Shown here piece after piece: positions 49,067 to 58,465 of a stretch of DNA of 64,000 nucleotides; the stretch's first letter is position 1; each line of letters starts with the position of its first letter. Location of the stretch: positions 160,001-224,000 of the forward strand of contig CAVTNB010000001.1 in assembly GCA_963736005.1 (NCBI GenBank), in the 5' to 3' direction. The stretch is from an uncultured Pseudomonadota bacterium (GTDB lineage: Bacteria > Vulcanimicrobiota > Vulcanimicrobiia > Eremiobacterales > Eremiobacteraceae). Made by a program: the position numbers and the translations under genes. Under the pieces are notes generated by a model that was not told the DNA's origin, did not search any database, and saw only the letters and a program-made list of their open reading frames with translations.

Positions 49067-50547
49067 TCCGTCCGCGCGTTTGCGAAGTGGCGAAAGTCAT
49101 AGATCTGCCAGCCCGAGTGGACGGGCACTCGGCGGTAGCGTTGCATGAATGCATACAGCTCATGATTGGCTCGAAAGCGCGGCACCTCGACGGCGACAAA
49201 ATATCGAGCACCCTTTGCGATGGCGCTCGTCATGTCGTGGACGTTCCAAACGAGCACATCCTCTTCCCAACCGCGATGACCAATCGTGTACAGCACCGCC
49301 GGGTCGTAATGGCCCAAAACGATGAGCGACCCCGGCTCGAGCGATTGGCTCACCTCGGTTGCGGCCGCGTACACGTTGCGGCTCCACGTGTAATAAGGAT
49401 GAATCTCGAGCATGTTCGTGTACACGGCAAGAAAAAGCGCGAGGCCAAGGCCGAACTTGGCACCCACCGGGAAAGGCTGCGGCGCGACGCGTTCGAGGAT
49501 ATAGTCGAGCGCGCCAGCCGCATAGAGCACCGCAAAGAGTGCAAACGGGAGGAGATAGTAATCGACCCTCTCGACATTGACGACGACGAACAGGTAGGCC
49601 GCCAGTACGGCGAACCACGATCCAAAAAAAACCGAGCGCATGCCGCCACATGGATCGGGCGGCTGCGTAAACGCCGCCAGCAACAGGAGCGAAAAAAGCA
49701 CCGGGCCGAGGACGGTCGAGGCAAGCATCTTCAGCAGCGCGAAGGCGCTCTGGAGCGCAGCAAGCAGGGCGGTTGGTCCACCCAGATCGGCCTTCAGCGC
49801 CGGCAACACGTGTTTTGCGGTAATGCCCGTGACCCAATGCCATTCGGCGATTGCCTGGAGGTGCGAGAAGTAGAGTCCAAACGGAAGAAAAACCGCAGCG
49901 AGCAACACGTAGTTGGACCAATCCAGCAATGCCCGCGCTTTCATTTTCCAGATGGCGATCGTCAGCATGGGGACCAAGATGAGGAGTGCGGGAGGCTTGG
50001 CGAGTGCGGCTAGCGCCGTGCAAACGCAAGCGAGCGCCAAGTCACCGATCGTGCGGCGCGTGCTAAAGCGCCACCAAAAAAAGAGACCACCAGCGCTAAA
50101 AAAGAGCATGGCACTTTCCGGGATGATGGCTCGTCCATAGTACACAAGGCCGGGTGCGATGGCGTAGAGCAGGGCGGCAAGAAGTCCGGCGCGGCGGGAA
50201 TATATCTCGCGTCCAAGAGCGTAGACGAATGGAATCGTCGCAATCGAAAAACCGAGCACGAGCAATCGTAAAAAGATTTCGTGCACCCCGAAGATGCGAT
50301 ACAGCTGGGCCGCGGCAAAAGGCACGATTTGCAATTCGAGCTCGACGTAGTTAGGAGGCGGGCCGTCGTAGTCGGTCTGGGGGTAGAAAATATTGTTGCG
50401 CAGCTCGTAGAAGTTGCGCGCAATTGCGGCACCATCACCTTGACGCCAGGCTGGATGGTCCAAAATGGGATCGTGAAGATGATACAGGCGAAGCGCCAGA
50501 GCGAGCAAGACGACGAGCGCAAGCGCGAGCGCGTGCGCGTTTTTCAC
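49024..50547 (-). CDS. GT-C fold glycosyltransferase (ArnT/PMT_2-like)
   Basis: LALRLYHL...HPAWRQGDGAAIARNF, GRAIIPES and LAKPP motifs, many TM segments. GTG start overlaps the gtrA stop. Confidence 0.8.
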   Translation of the reverse strand: MKNAHALALALVVLLALALRLYHLHDPILDHPAWRQGDGAAIARNFYELRNNIFYPQTDYDGPPPNYVELELQIVPFAAAQLYRIFGVHEIFLRLLVLGFSIATIPFVYALGREIYSRRAGLLAALLYAIAPGLVYYGRAIIPESAMLFFSAGGLFFWWRFSTRRTIGDLALACVCTALAALAKPPALLILVPMLTIAIWKMKARALLDWSNYVLLAAVFLPFGLYFSHLQAIAEWHWVTGITAKHVLPALKADLGGPTALLAALQSAFALLKMLASTVLGPVLFSLLLLAAFTQPPDPCGGMRSVFFGSWFAVLAAYLFVVVNVERVDYYLLPFALFAVLYAAGALDYILERVAPQPFPVGAKFGLGLALFLAVYTNMLEIHPYYTWSRNVYAAATEVSQSLEPGSLIVLGHYDPAVLYTIGHRGWEEDVLVWNVHDMTSAIAKGARYFVAVEVPRFRANHELYAFMQRYRRVPVHSGWQIYDFRHFANARTEGRFSNRPLQKRHL

Positions 50548-50987
50548 GTTTTTGGATCGATTGCAGGCTGGTGGTGGGTGTGGCGAAACGTCCAATACTT
50601 GTTGACGAAAAAGTTGACGCCCATCCCGCCGACGGTGCCGCACAACCAGATAAGTGAGTTGCGCAGATGGAAGGCGGGGAGATAGCGATCGAGCAGACCG
50701 GTAATGACGATGCCCAGGAGCAGGGCCATACCGGACACGGTCAAGAACTGCGCAAGCTCCTTGCCCATGTGGCCCTTTGATCGGAATGTCCAATGCCTGT
50801 TCCAAAAGTAATTGTTGACGCCGCCTGCGATGAAGCCGATTGAAAACGCGAGCTTCAGATCGAAATGGATGTGCAAGAGCGCGTGATAGATGACAAAACT
50901 GATGACCGCACCCGACGCGCCCACGACGCCAAACTTCAGAAATTGCCTCAAACCTCGGCGCATGGTAAAGGTACCTTGGCTGCTCAT
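50544..50987 (-). CDS. GtrA family lipid-linked sugar flippase
   Basis: QFLKFGVVG, NYFWNRHWTF and NFFVNKYWTF motifs, 4 TM segments. Confidence 0.88.
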   Translation of the reverse strand: MSSQGTFTMRRGLRQFLKFGVVGASGAVISFVIYHALLHIHFDLKLAFSIGFIAGGVNNYFWNRHWTFRSKGHMGKELAQFLTVSGMALLLGIVITGLLDRYLPAFHLRNSLIWLCGTVGGMGVNFFVNKYWTFRHTHHQPAIDPKT

Positions 50988-52552
50988 GCCAGCCAATACC
51001 AATCGGCGAAGAGCACGGCAAACAACCCAAGCAGGGGCAGCGAGAGCGCGACGATCGCGGAATTGACCAGCGGATTGCGTCCCCACAGCGCCATCAGCAT
51101 GAACGCCGGAAAAATAACCAGCACGAACCGCGGCATGCTCATCAAGCTCGCGGTACACATCGGAACCAGCAGCGAGGCGGCAAAATACCACGAGTATGAC
51201 GGACGCAACGTCCGGAACGCCACGACCATGAGCGCCAAGAAAGCAAAAGTGAAGGCAAGCTCGATCATGTGATTGACCGAACCGCTTGACGCGAGCGGAT
51301 TCTTGGCAATTTCACTGATCGTATTCACGATGCTCACCCACGGCGGCGCGAGATGACGATGCCAATTGTCTTGCACTTTGAGAAAGTAGAGTGGATCGCC
51401 CACGAGCGCGTAGAGGTACGCCATATACGCGAGCAACCCCGTGGGCACGAGCAGCACGCCGATAACACCGCGCGTGAGCGTCGTACCCCGCCGCTCGCGC
51501 CAGCCCCGCCACGCCTCGTAGGCAAGCGGGATCGCCGTCAGCATGCCCTCGACTCTGGTCAGAGATGCGAGTGCACCGAAGACGCCTGCCGTGATGTAAT
51601 TTCCGTGTCTCGCGTAGTAGACGGATGCAACCGTGAGCGCGAGGAAGAGCGACTCGGTGTAGACGGCGGAGAAGAAGATCGCCGTTGGAAAGATTGCCAC
51701 GTAGAAGATGGCGTGGTAGGCGACCGTATCGTCGCCGTACTCGAGCCGCACGAGCGCGTACAAGAAAGCGAGCGCGATAAAAAATGAGAGGTTCGAGATG
51801 ATGAGACCGGCAGTCAAATGATTGCCGATCAAGCCCCCCAGAATGTGAATGAGGAACGGATAGAGCGGAAAGAAGGCCATCTCCGTTCCTTGATAGCCGT
51901 TCGTAGCGATGTTGAGGTAGTGCTGCGCGTCCCAACGCCCCCACACGTTTAACCAGACGCTGTGTGACGCCACAAAGTGTGCGCCTTGACGCTGGCCGAT
52001 GACGACCGCGGCAAGCGGAGCGATGACGATCAAGGGCAGGCGCGTTGCGACGAATGCAGTCGATACGTGGTGTACCATTGGATAGTAGCGGCCAAGCACG
52101 CCGACCTTGATCGCGACCGATACAAGGATGATTGCCCCCGCCATTGCCGCGGCCGTCGAGAGCGTGGCGGGCATGAGCGCGATGTACGCCCACAAACCCA
52201 AAAATGGCACATAACTCCACGCATCGGCCTTGAGCATGTCCTCTAGCGAGACGTTGCACGCCCAACTGATCCAGCGGGAATATGCATACCACCCCACGAG
52301 TGCCAAGAGCACGCCGCCAACCGAGGCGAGGACGAGCACCAGGTTGGAAAGGAGCAAGGACATGCGGGTGTGCGTCGCCAGCAAATACCAGACGAAAATT
52401 CCGACGGAAAGACCCGCGATGGCAGTGAGGATGAAGCCTGGCCGCGCGCTTCGGGGTAGGAGAAGAACGGGTCGGTTGAGGCTGACTTCCTCGTTGATTC
52501 CGGGCGTCGTAAGAGCGGCGTCCACGACATTTCGCGTTCGCCGTTCCGCCAT
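50984..52552 (-). CDS. PIG-V-like mannosyltransferase family protein (GT-C) with an extra N-terminal TM region
   Basis: RWDAQHYLNIA, AFFPLYP, FPTAIFFSAVYTESLF and SMPRF motifs. Confidence 0.85.
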   Translation of the reverse strand: MAERRTRNVVDAALTTPGINEEVSLNRPVLLLPRSARPGFILTAIAGLSVGIFVWYLLATHTRMSLLLSNLVLVLASVGGVLLALVGWYAYSRWISWACNVSLEDMLKADAWSYVPFLGLWAYIALMPATLSTAAAMAGAIILVSVAIKVGVLGRYYPMVHHVSTAFVATRLPLIVIAPLAAVVIGQRQGAHFVASHSVWLNVWGRWDAQHYLNIATNGYQGTEMAFFPLYPFLIHILGGLIGNHLTAGLIISNLSFFIALAFLYALVRLEYGDDTVAYHAIFYVAIFPTAIFFSAVYTESLFLALTVASVYYARHGNYITAGVFGALASLTRVEGMLTAIPLAYEAWRGWRERRGTTLTRGVIGVLLVPTGLLAYMAYLYALVGDPLYFLKVQDNWHRHLAPPWVSIVNTISEIAKNPLASSGSVNHMIELAFTFAFLALMVVAFRTLRPSYSWYFAASLLVPMCTASLMSMPRFVLVIFPAFMLMALWGRNPLVNSAIVALSLPLLGLFAVLFADWYWLA

Positions 52553-52610
52553 ATGGCCCTCTCATCGCGGCGTATCGAGGGATTGACAGCGTGTTGGAAA
52601 AGTTGCGTGG

Positions 52611-53465
52611 ATGCACCCTACAGGCGGTGCCGCAGCGCTTCTCACATGCATGCTCGGCTTTGTGGCCGCGTTCGCTAGTTTGCCGGCAATCGCAGATTCG
52701 CCCGACACGCAAACCGGCGTGTTCGTTTCGTACAGCGCGTCGGCAACCGGTCCCACGATCACCGTGCAGCAGAGCGATCGCCTGCGAGTCTATGTCGTCG
52801 ATTCGAACGTTGCCGTACGCGAGCGCGAAAGCGCAGGGCAATGGCAATCAATTTCATTTGCCAATCTCGCTCAAGGGGAACCGGTGACCATGCATCTGAC
52901 GCCGGCGGGGTTTGTGTCGCAAGTGGATGCAGAGTACACACTCGTGCTCGCGCGTTTGGTCACCTACAACAATGGCTACGTGGTAACGACCTCGGGCATC
53001 GCGTACAAACTCGTCGGGCCGGCGGCGAGCATTGCCGCGCCGACCGACCTTGGGACTTTTCTGAGATTGCGCGTCGATCCTCAGAACAACACGGCGTTTG
53101 ACCTCGCGGCTTCGAAACAACCGTTCGCGGGTGGTCCGCTCGCCGCACCTGTGTCGGTGACGTTTATTGTGACTGTGCCCAGCAACACGCCGCCAAGCGA
53201 CATCATCTACCTTGCCTCTGACGCGAGCAGCTGGATTCCCAATGGCGTGCGCATGTCGCCCCTGTCGGCGAACCGGTGGACTGCGACGCTGACGATCGGT
53301 CAGGGTTCCTCACTGAAATACAAGTACACCCGCGGTTCTTGGCCCACGGCTGAGAGCAATCAGAGCGGCATCGAAATTCCCAACCGAAGTCTCGTGGTTA
53401 CAAAATCGGGTACAGGGCAAACGGTGCAAGACGCCGTGGCGCGCTGGTCCGATCTTCCTTCATAA
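52611..53465 (+). CDS. Secreted protein with a C-terminal CBM20-like carbohydrate-binding module
   Basis: Signal peptide. VTFIVTVPSNTP...IYLA...W.P....M....NRW...LKYKYTRGSW pattern. Confidence 0.6.
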   Translation: MHPTGGAAALLTCMLGFVAAFASLPAIADSPDTQTGVFVSYSASATGPTITVQQSDRLRVYVVDSNVAVRERESAGQWQSISFANLAQGEPVTMHLTPAGFVSQVDAEYTLVLARLVTYNNGYVVTTSGIAYKLVGPAASIAAPTDLGTFLRLRVDPQNNTAFDLAASKQPFAGGPLAAPVSVTFIVTVPSNTPPSDIIYLASDASSWIPNGVRMSPLSANRWTATLTIGQGSSLKYKYTRGSWPTAESNQSGIEIPNRSLVVTKSGTGQTVQDAVARWSDLPS

Positions 53466-53478
53466 AGGAGACGCATCC

Positions 53479-54435
53479 ATGGATACGCTCGATTTTGTCA
53501 AAGTGACCGAGGCCGCGGCGCTTGCGGCGTCGCGCTGGATGGGGAAAGGCGAACGCGATAAGGCGGATGGAGCCGCCGTTGAGAAGATGCGCGAACTGCT
53601 CAACGACATGGATATCCGCGGCCGCGTCGTCATTGGTGAGGGCGAGCGCGACGAAGCGCCTATGCTGTTTATTGGCGAGGAAGTCGGCAGAGGCGGCGTC
53701 GAGGTCGATATCGCCGTTGACCCAGTGGAAGGCACAAATCTGGTCGCCAACGGTTTGCCGAACTCCATTGCTGTGCTCGCGGTGACCGCCAAGGGCGGGC
53801 TCCTCAATGCGCCGGACACGTACATGGACAAACTGGCGGTGGGCCCCAAGGCAGCCGAGTACATTCATATCGATGCGACGGTTGCAGAGAACCTCGAACT
53901 CGTGGCCAATGCGCTGGAGCGCTCGGTCGGCGATATCACGGTGGTCATCTTGGACCGACCGCGGCACAAGAAGTTGATTGAAGACGTGCGCGCTGCAGGC
54001 GCAAAGATCAAGCTCATCTCGGATGGCGATGTCGACGCCGCGATAGCAACTGCGATCGACGGCACGGGAATTCACGTCGCTATGGGTACCGGTGGCGCAC
54101 CCGAAGGCGTGCTCGCTGCGGCGGCGTTACGCTGTCTGGGTGGTAATTTCATGGGGCGGCTCAAACCGAGGAATGAAGACGAGATACGGCGTGCTAAGGA
54201 AATGGGCTTCGACGACGTCAACCGCATCCTGACCATGAACGATCTCGTGAAGCGAGATGACATCACTTTCGTCGCAACGGGCATCACCGACGGCGACCTT
54301 GTTCGAGGCGTACGCTTCTTCGGTAATGGCGCGCGCACTCACTCGATCATCATGAATAGCCACTCGAGCACGGTGCGCTTTGTGGAAACCGTCCACCGAT
54401 TCCGCGCGGAACCATTTCGGGTTCGACAGCACTGA
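53479..54435 (+). CDS. glpX: Class II fructose-1,6-bisphosphatase
   Basis: VIGEGERDEAPML, DIAVDPVEGT, LDRPRH, DGDV and GGAPEGV motifs. Confidence 0.95.
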   Translation: MDTLDFVKVTEAAALAASRWMGKGERDKADGAAVEKMRELLNDMDIRGRVVIGEGERDEAPMLFIGEEVGRGGVEVDIAVDPVEGTNLVANGLPNSIAVLAVTAKGGLLNAPDTYMDKLAVGPKAAEYIHIDATVAENLELVANALERSVGDITVVILDRPRHKKLIEDVRAAGAKIKLISDGDVDAAIATAIDGTGIHVAMGTGGAPEGVLAAAALRCLGGNFMGRLKPRNEDEIRRAKEMGFDDVNRILTMNDLVKRDDITFVATGITDGDLVRGVRFFGNGARTHSIIMNSHSSTVRFVETVHRFRAEPFRVRQH

Positions 54436-54446
54436 AACTCCTCTCA

Positions 54447-54950
54447 TTGGTGACGCCCGATGCGATGGTCGAGCGCGTTTCCGACATTGGGCTTGGCCTG
54501 CTGCGCGAGTGGAACATCACCGGTATCGCCTTGGATCTCGACAACACGATCGTGCCGTGGCATACGAGCGACGTCGTGCCTGAGATCGCGCAGTGGGTGC
54601 GACAGGTGCGAGAGACCGGCGTTCGCTTTTGTTTGCTGACGAACAACTACGCGTCGCACGTTCGGCGAGTCGGCGCCGCACTTGACATGCCAGTCGTCCG
54701 CGGTGCCCTCAAACCGTTGCCGAGCGCGTTCTCGGCGGCACTTCGGCAATTACGCAGCGAGGCCAGCCAGTCGTTGTCGGTTGGCGATCAATTGTTTACC
54801 GATGTCCTTGGAGCAAAAGCTGTCGGGATGCGTGCGATCGTCGTCAAACCGCTGACCACTCGTGACTTTCCGACGACGCGGCTCTTGCGGATGCTTGAAG
54901 GACCAGTGTATGCACGGCTGCGGCGTACCGCCGGCTCCGCCTTGGCGTGA
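54447..54950 (+). CDS. YqeG family HAD IIIA phosphatase
   Basis: DLDNTIVPW, LTNN, KPLP and VGDQLFTDVLG motifs. Confidence 0.88.
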   Translation: MVTPDAMVERVSDIGLGLLREWNITGIALDLDNTIVPWHTSDVVPEIAQWVRQVRETGVRFCLLTNNYASHVRRVGAALDMPVVRGALKPLPSAFSAALRQLRSEASQSLSVGDQLFTDVLGAKAVGMRAIVVKPLTTRDFPTTRLLRMLEGPVYARLRRTAGSALA

Positions 54951-54959
54951 GCGCAGGTC

Positions 54960-55718
54960 ATGCAACGCTATGCAATCATCGGAAGCCCCATTGCACACTC
55001 GCTGTCGCCTGCGATGCAACAGGCTGCTTTTGACACGCTGGGCGTCCAAGCAAGCTATGAGGCGATTGAGGCGACGTCCGCCAAGCCGATATTTTCGCAA
55101 CTGCGCGCAGCACAGTACAACGGCTGGAATGTCACAACGCCACTGAAGGAAGAGGCTGTTGCTTGCGTCGATCGGTTGACCGACGCCGCCTCTCGTGCGA
55201 ATGCCGTGAACGTCGTGCGCGCAGAGAATGGCGAGCTCGTCGGTCATAACACCGATGGAGCCGGCTTCTTGGCAGCCGTGGCAGAATTGTGGTCGTGGGA
55301 AGTGCGTAACGGCTCGGCCCTGATTTTGGGCAGCGGTCCAGCCGCACGAGCTGTCGCGCTCGAACTGATCGCAGCAAATATCGGTAGCGTATACTGCTGG
55401 TCGCGAAACCGAATGAAGGCGCTTGCGATTGGGCCGCTCCCCGAGCGGCCGGTTGATCTCGTAGTCTGTGCACTGCCCGCAAACGCGCGCGTTCCCCGGG
55501 AGGTCATCGAGGTAGCAACGCCCGCAAGAATGGTGTTCGATCTAAACTATCGCGCTTCGCGATCCCCAGCAGCGAACATTGCCAGCATGCACCGCAGCGA
55601 CGGTTTGCCCCTCCTCTTACACCAAGGTGCTCTTTCGTTTGTCTGGTGGACTGGGCAGGCGGCGCCTGTGGAGGTAATGCGTGCAGCGCTCGCGGCGCCT
55701 CCATTGGGAGCTCGATAG
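54960..55718 (+). CDS. aroE: Shikimate dehydrogenase
   Basis: GSPIAHSLSP, NVTTPLK, HNTDGAGF, GSGPAARA and DGLPLLLHQG motifs. Confidence 0.88.
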   Translation: MQRYAIIGSPIAHSLSPAMQQAAFDTLGVQASYEAIEATSAKPIFSQLRAAQYNGWNVTTPLKEEAVACVDRLTDAASRANAVNVVRAENGELVGHNTDGAGFLAAVAELWSWEVRNGSALILGSGPAARAVALELIAANIGSVYCWSRNRMKALAIGPLPERPVDLVVCALPANARVPREVIEVATPARMVFDLNYRASRSPAANIASMHRSDGLPLLLHQGALSFVWWTGQAAPVEVMRAALAAPPLGAR

Positions 55719-55779
55719 TGATAGCGATCACGCTGAGGTAGGCAGTGAGACTCGTTACGGGCAGAGCCGATGGTCAAGC

Positions 55780-56991
55780 ATGGCGGCGACAGCGCCCGAT
55801 GGCGGCGAGCTTGGACGAAGGATCGCGTATGTAGACGGATTGCGAGCGGTCGCAGTTTTGATGGTCGTCGCCTGTCATGCCGCAAAATGGGATCTTGGTT
55901 TAAGTCAGGGTCCCTGGTTGCAGGCTTTTTTGGACGGCGCGCACGGTGTCGATCTTTTCTTTGTTCTCTCGGGGTTCTGCCTTTCGTATCCGATTCTGAA
56001 CTCGCTGCACACACGAGGATGGGCCACCTTCGATATAGCGGGGTATTTCGCGAGGCGTGTTGTGCGCATCGTGCCGCCGTACTATCTTGCGATGGTGTTC
56101 CTTTATTTCTTGCTGCTCGGGCTACCGCATGTTGGCTGGCACGTGCCGCCAACATTCAGCCTGGCGAGGCTCGGCTGGCTAGATGTGGGCAGACAGGCTC
56201 TTTTTGCTGATCGAAGGGTCGAATTTTTGAACCCTTCCTTTTGGACGCTTGCGATCGAGTGGCGCTGGTACTTCCTGTTTCCACTCTTGCTCGTGCTCTG
56301 GACTCGATCCATGCGAGCGTTTGTTTTTGCCCTCCTTGCATGCATCGTCATCGCGGCCTCAACGAATGCAGGGTCCGATTTTTCGGTCCTGCCAGCCTTC
56401 ATGCTCGGCATTGTGGCAGCCCAGCTCGAGCTTGACAGGGCTGCCTTCGGCCGCCTTGCGCTCTTGTTGTGCGCTCTTTCGCTGTCGGTGACCGTCCTCT
56501 TGGAACCCAACGCTATGCTCGGCTATTTCATGCAGATTCCCACCGGCTGGCAAGTTGCAGCATTCTTTTTGGTCGTGGCTGCCGGAAGTCTACGTTGGCT
56601 TCGTGCGATTTTGTCCGTGAGACCACTTGTATGGATCGGCGTGTCCTCGTACAGCATCTACCTAATCCACGAGCCGCTCATTGCGACGATCGAGCACAAT
56701 TCGCGCGTCACGCCGTTCCTCGGCGCGATCCTCGTGGTCGCGTTGGGAATTGCATTTTGGGCGGTTTTCGAGAGACCGTTTATGACAAAGCCGCTCAAAG
56801 GGCGGCTGGTGAAATTCTTGCAGTCGAGGATTCTGTCTGTTGTGGACGTTGCCGGCGTACCGAGGCTCATCGATCTAAGACGGGCTTCTGGGAGCGCCTC
56901 ACCGCTGCCGCCGGTTGAGGCCGCTGCGCCATCCCCCGGTGGAAGCGAGGACCTTATCCGCGTCTTTGAGCCGGGTCACTCGGTACGGTGA
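55780..56991 (+). CDS. Acyltransferase family 3 (OafA-like) membrane O-acyltransferase
   Basis: DGLRAVA...H, GVDLFFVLSGF, RRVVRIVP, WTLAIEW and SYSIYLIH motifs. Confidence 0.9.
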   Translation: MAATAPDGGELGRRIAYVDGLRAVAVLMVVACHAAKWDLGLSQGPWLQAFLDGAHGVDLFFVLSGFCLSYPILNSLHTRGWATFDIAGYFARRVVRIVPPYYLAMVFLYFLLLGLPHVGWHVPPTFSLARLGWLDVGRQALFADRRVEFLNPSFWTLAIEWRWYFLFPLLLVLWTRSMRAFVFALLACIVIAASTNAGSDFSVLPAFMLGIVAAQLELDRAAFGRLALLLCALSLSVTVLLEPNAMLGYFMQIPTGWQVAAFFLVVAAGSLRWLRAILSVRPLVWIGVSSYSIYLIHEPLIATIEHNSRVTPFLGAILVVALGIAFWAVFERPFMTKPLKGRLVKFLQSRILSVVDVAGVPRLIDLRRASGSASPLPPVEAAAPSPGGSEDLIRVFEPGHSVR

Positions 56992-57121
56992 GCCGTCCGG
57001 ATGGCGTGCAAGGAAAGTTCATATACAATGCCGGGTACCTTCGCCCGAAGGGACGGCAAAGAGGCCCCCAAAAGACGAAAAGTAGCCGGAAAGCGGATGA
57101 AAGGCTGGGTCAAGCCGACCC

Positions 57122-57148
57122 TACAGGTCCGCCTCGAGATGCCGATAG
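57122..57148 (+). promoter_or_regulatory. Candidate sigma28 (FliA/WhiG-type) promoter upstream of pilT
   Basis: TACA-N15-GCCGATAG versus consensus TAAA-N15-GCCGATAA, about 90 nt upstream of pilT. Confidence 0.5.
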
Positions 57149-57239
57149 TCTAAGTAAGTCCGCTGCGAGTCCTCATGGGGACTGGGCTTGCATGTGGTCC
57201 GGCTCCATTGTCCCAAAAAAGAACGGAATCGAGAAGTAA

Positions 57240-58328
57240 ATGGCAGCGAATGTAAGCGATCTCCTCGGCCTGCGCATGGACGAATTGATGCGCGTGACGA
57301 TCGAGCGCGGCGCATCGGACTTGCATATGAGCGTCGGCCTTCCGCCGATGCTGCGCATTGACGGACGCCTCACCCCAACAGAATTTCCGAAACTCAGTCC
57401 CGACGACACGAAGCGTCTGATTTACAGCATTCTCACCGACCAGCAAAAGGAAAAGTTCGAGAAGAATCTCGAGCTCGACTTCTCGCACGGTTTGAAAGGT
57501 TTTGGGCGTTTCCGTATCAACGCGTTTCGCCAGCGCGGTGTCATCGGCGCAGTGTTCCGAGCGATTCCCTCGTCTGTGCCTCCGCTCGGCAGCCTGAACT
57601 TGCCGCCGGTCATGGGGGACTTGACGATGCGCCCACATGGCTTGATTCTGGTTACCGGGCCCACCGGCTCTGGTAAGTCAACGGCTTTGGCCTCCATGAT
57701 CGACATCATCAACGCGACGATGGCTCGCCATATCATGACCATGGAAGACCCGGTCGAGTACTTGCACTTCCACAAGATGTCGATCGTCAATCAACGCGAG
57801 ATCGGACATGACTCCTACAGTTTTGCCAACGCGCTGCGAGCAGCGCTCCGCGAGGACCCAGACGTCGTGCTCGTCGGCGAAATGCGCGATATGGATACGA
57901 TTGCCACGACGCTGACCATCGCGGAAACAGGCCACTTGGTGTTCGCGACGCTGCATACGTCAGATGCGGCGCAGAGCATCGACCGAATCATCGACGTGTT
58001 TCCCGCACACCAGCAGCAGCAAATTCGGGTGCAGCTGGCGGCGGTGATTGAAGCGATCGTCTGCATGCGGCTGCTGCCGCACGCTTCAGGCGTCGGCCGC
58101 GTTCCCGCGACCGAAGTTATGATCGCGACGCCGGCGATCCGCAATCTCATTCGTGAAAACAAGTCTCACCAAATTCACAACGCCATCGTCACGAGCCGGG
58201 GAATGCACATGCAAACCTTCGACATGTCGCTGCGTGACCTGGTTCGCAAACACATGATTACTGAAGATGAAGCCCTTGCGGCATCGATGCATCCGGAAGA
58301 GCTTCGTAAACTCATCGAAGGCTCGTAA
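57240..58328 (+). CDS. pilT: Type IV pilus retraction ATPase PilT
   Basis: ASDLH, GPTGSGKST, EDPVE, LREDPDVVLVGEMRD, TGHLVFATLHT and AIRNLIRE motifs. Confidence 0.93.
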   Translation: MAANVSDLLGLRMDELMRVTIERGASDLHMSVGLPPMLRIDGRLTPTEFPKLSPDDTKRLIYSILTDQQKEKFEKNLELDFSHGLKGFGRFRINAFRQRGVIGAVFRAIPSSVPPLGSLNLPPVMGDLTMRPHGLILVTGPTGSGKSTALASMIDIINATMARHIMTMEDPVEYLHFHKMSIVNQREIGHDSYSFANALRAALREDPDVVLVGEMRDMDTIATTLTIAETGHLVFATLHTSDAAQSIDRIIDVFPAHQQQQIRVQLAAVIEAIVCMRLLPHASGVGRVPATEVMIATPAIRNLIRENKSHQIHNAIVTSRGMHMQTFDMSLRDLVRKHMITEDEALAASMHPEELRKLIEGS

Positions 58329-58343
58329 CAAGGGGGACCTACA

Positions 58344-58415
58344 ATGCAAATATCGTTACTGTGGTTGTTGCTTCTGTTAGTCATTCTCTTGGTCGGTCAA
58401 GCAACGAAGCTTTAA
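58344..58415 (+). CDS. Candidate 23-aa single-transmembrane small protein
   Basis: MQISLLWLLLLLVILLVGQATKL*, preceded by AAGGGGG. Lies in the pilT-pilC gap. Confidence 0.45.
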   Translation: MQISLLWLLLLLVILLVGQATKL

Positions 58416-58465
58416 GCTTCGCTGCCGCACCCGAACCAAGGCTAGTAAACTCGAGGATCTAACGT

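Noticed and set aside
50548..51030. 161-aa N-terminal extension of the 668-aa ORF 49024..51030
   Set aside because: It overlaps gtrA in another frame. The real GT start is GTG 50547.
57040..57120. c-di-GMP-I riboswitch upstream of pilT (GGCAAA...GACGAAAAG)
   Set aside because: The intervening sequence does not form the required stem with a GNRA loop. Only isolated words match.
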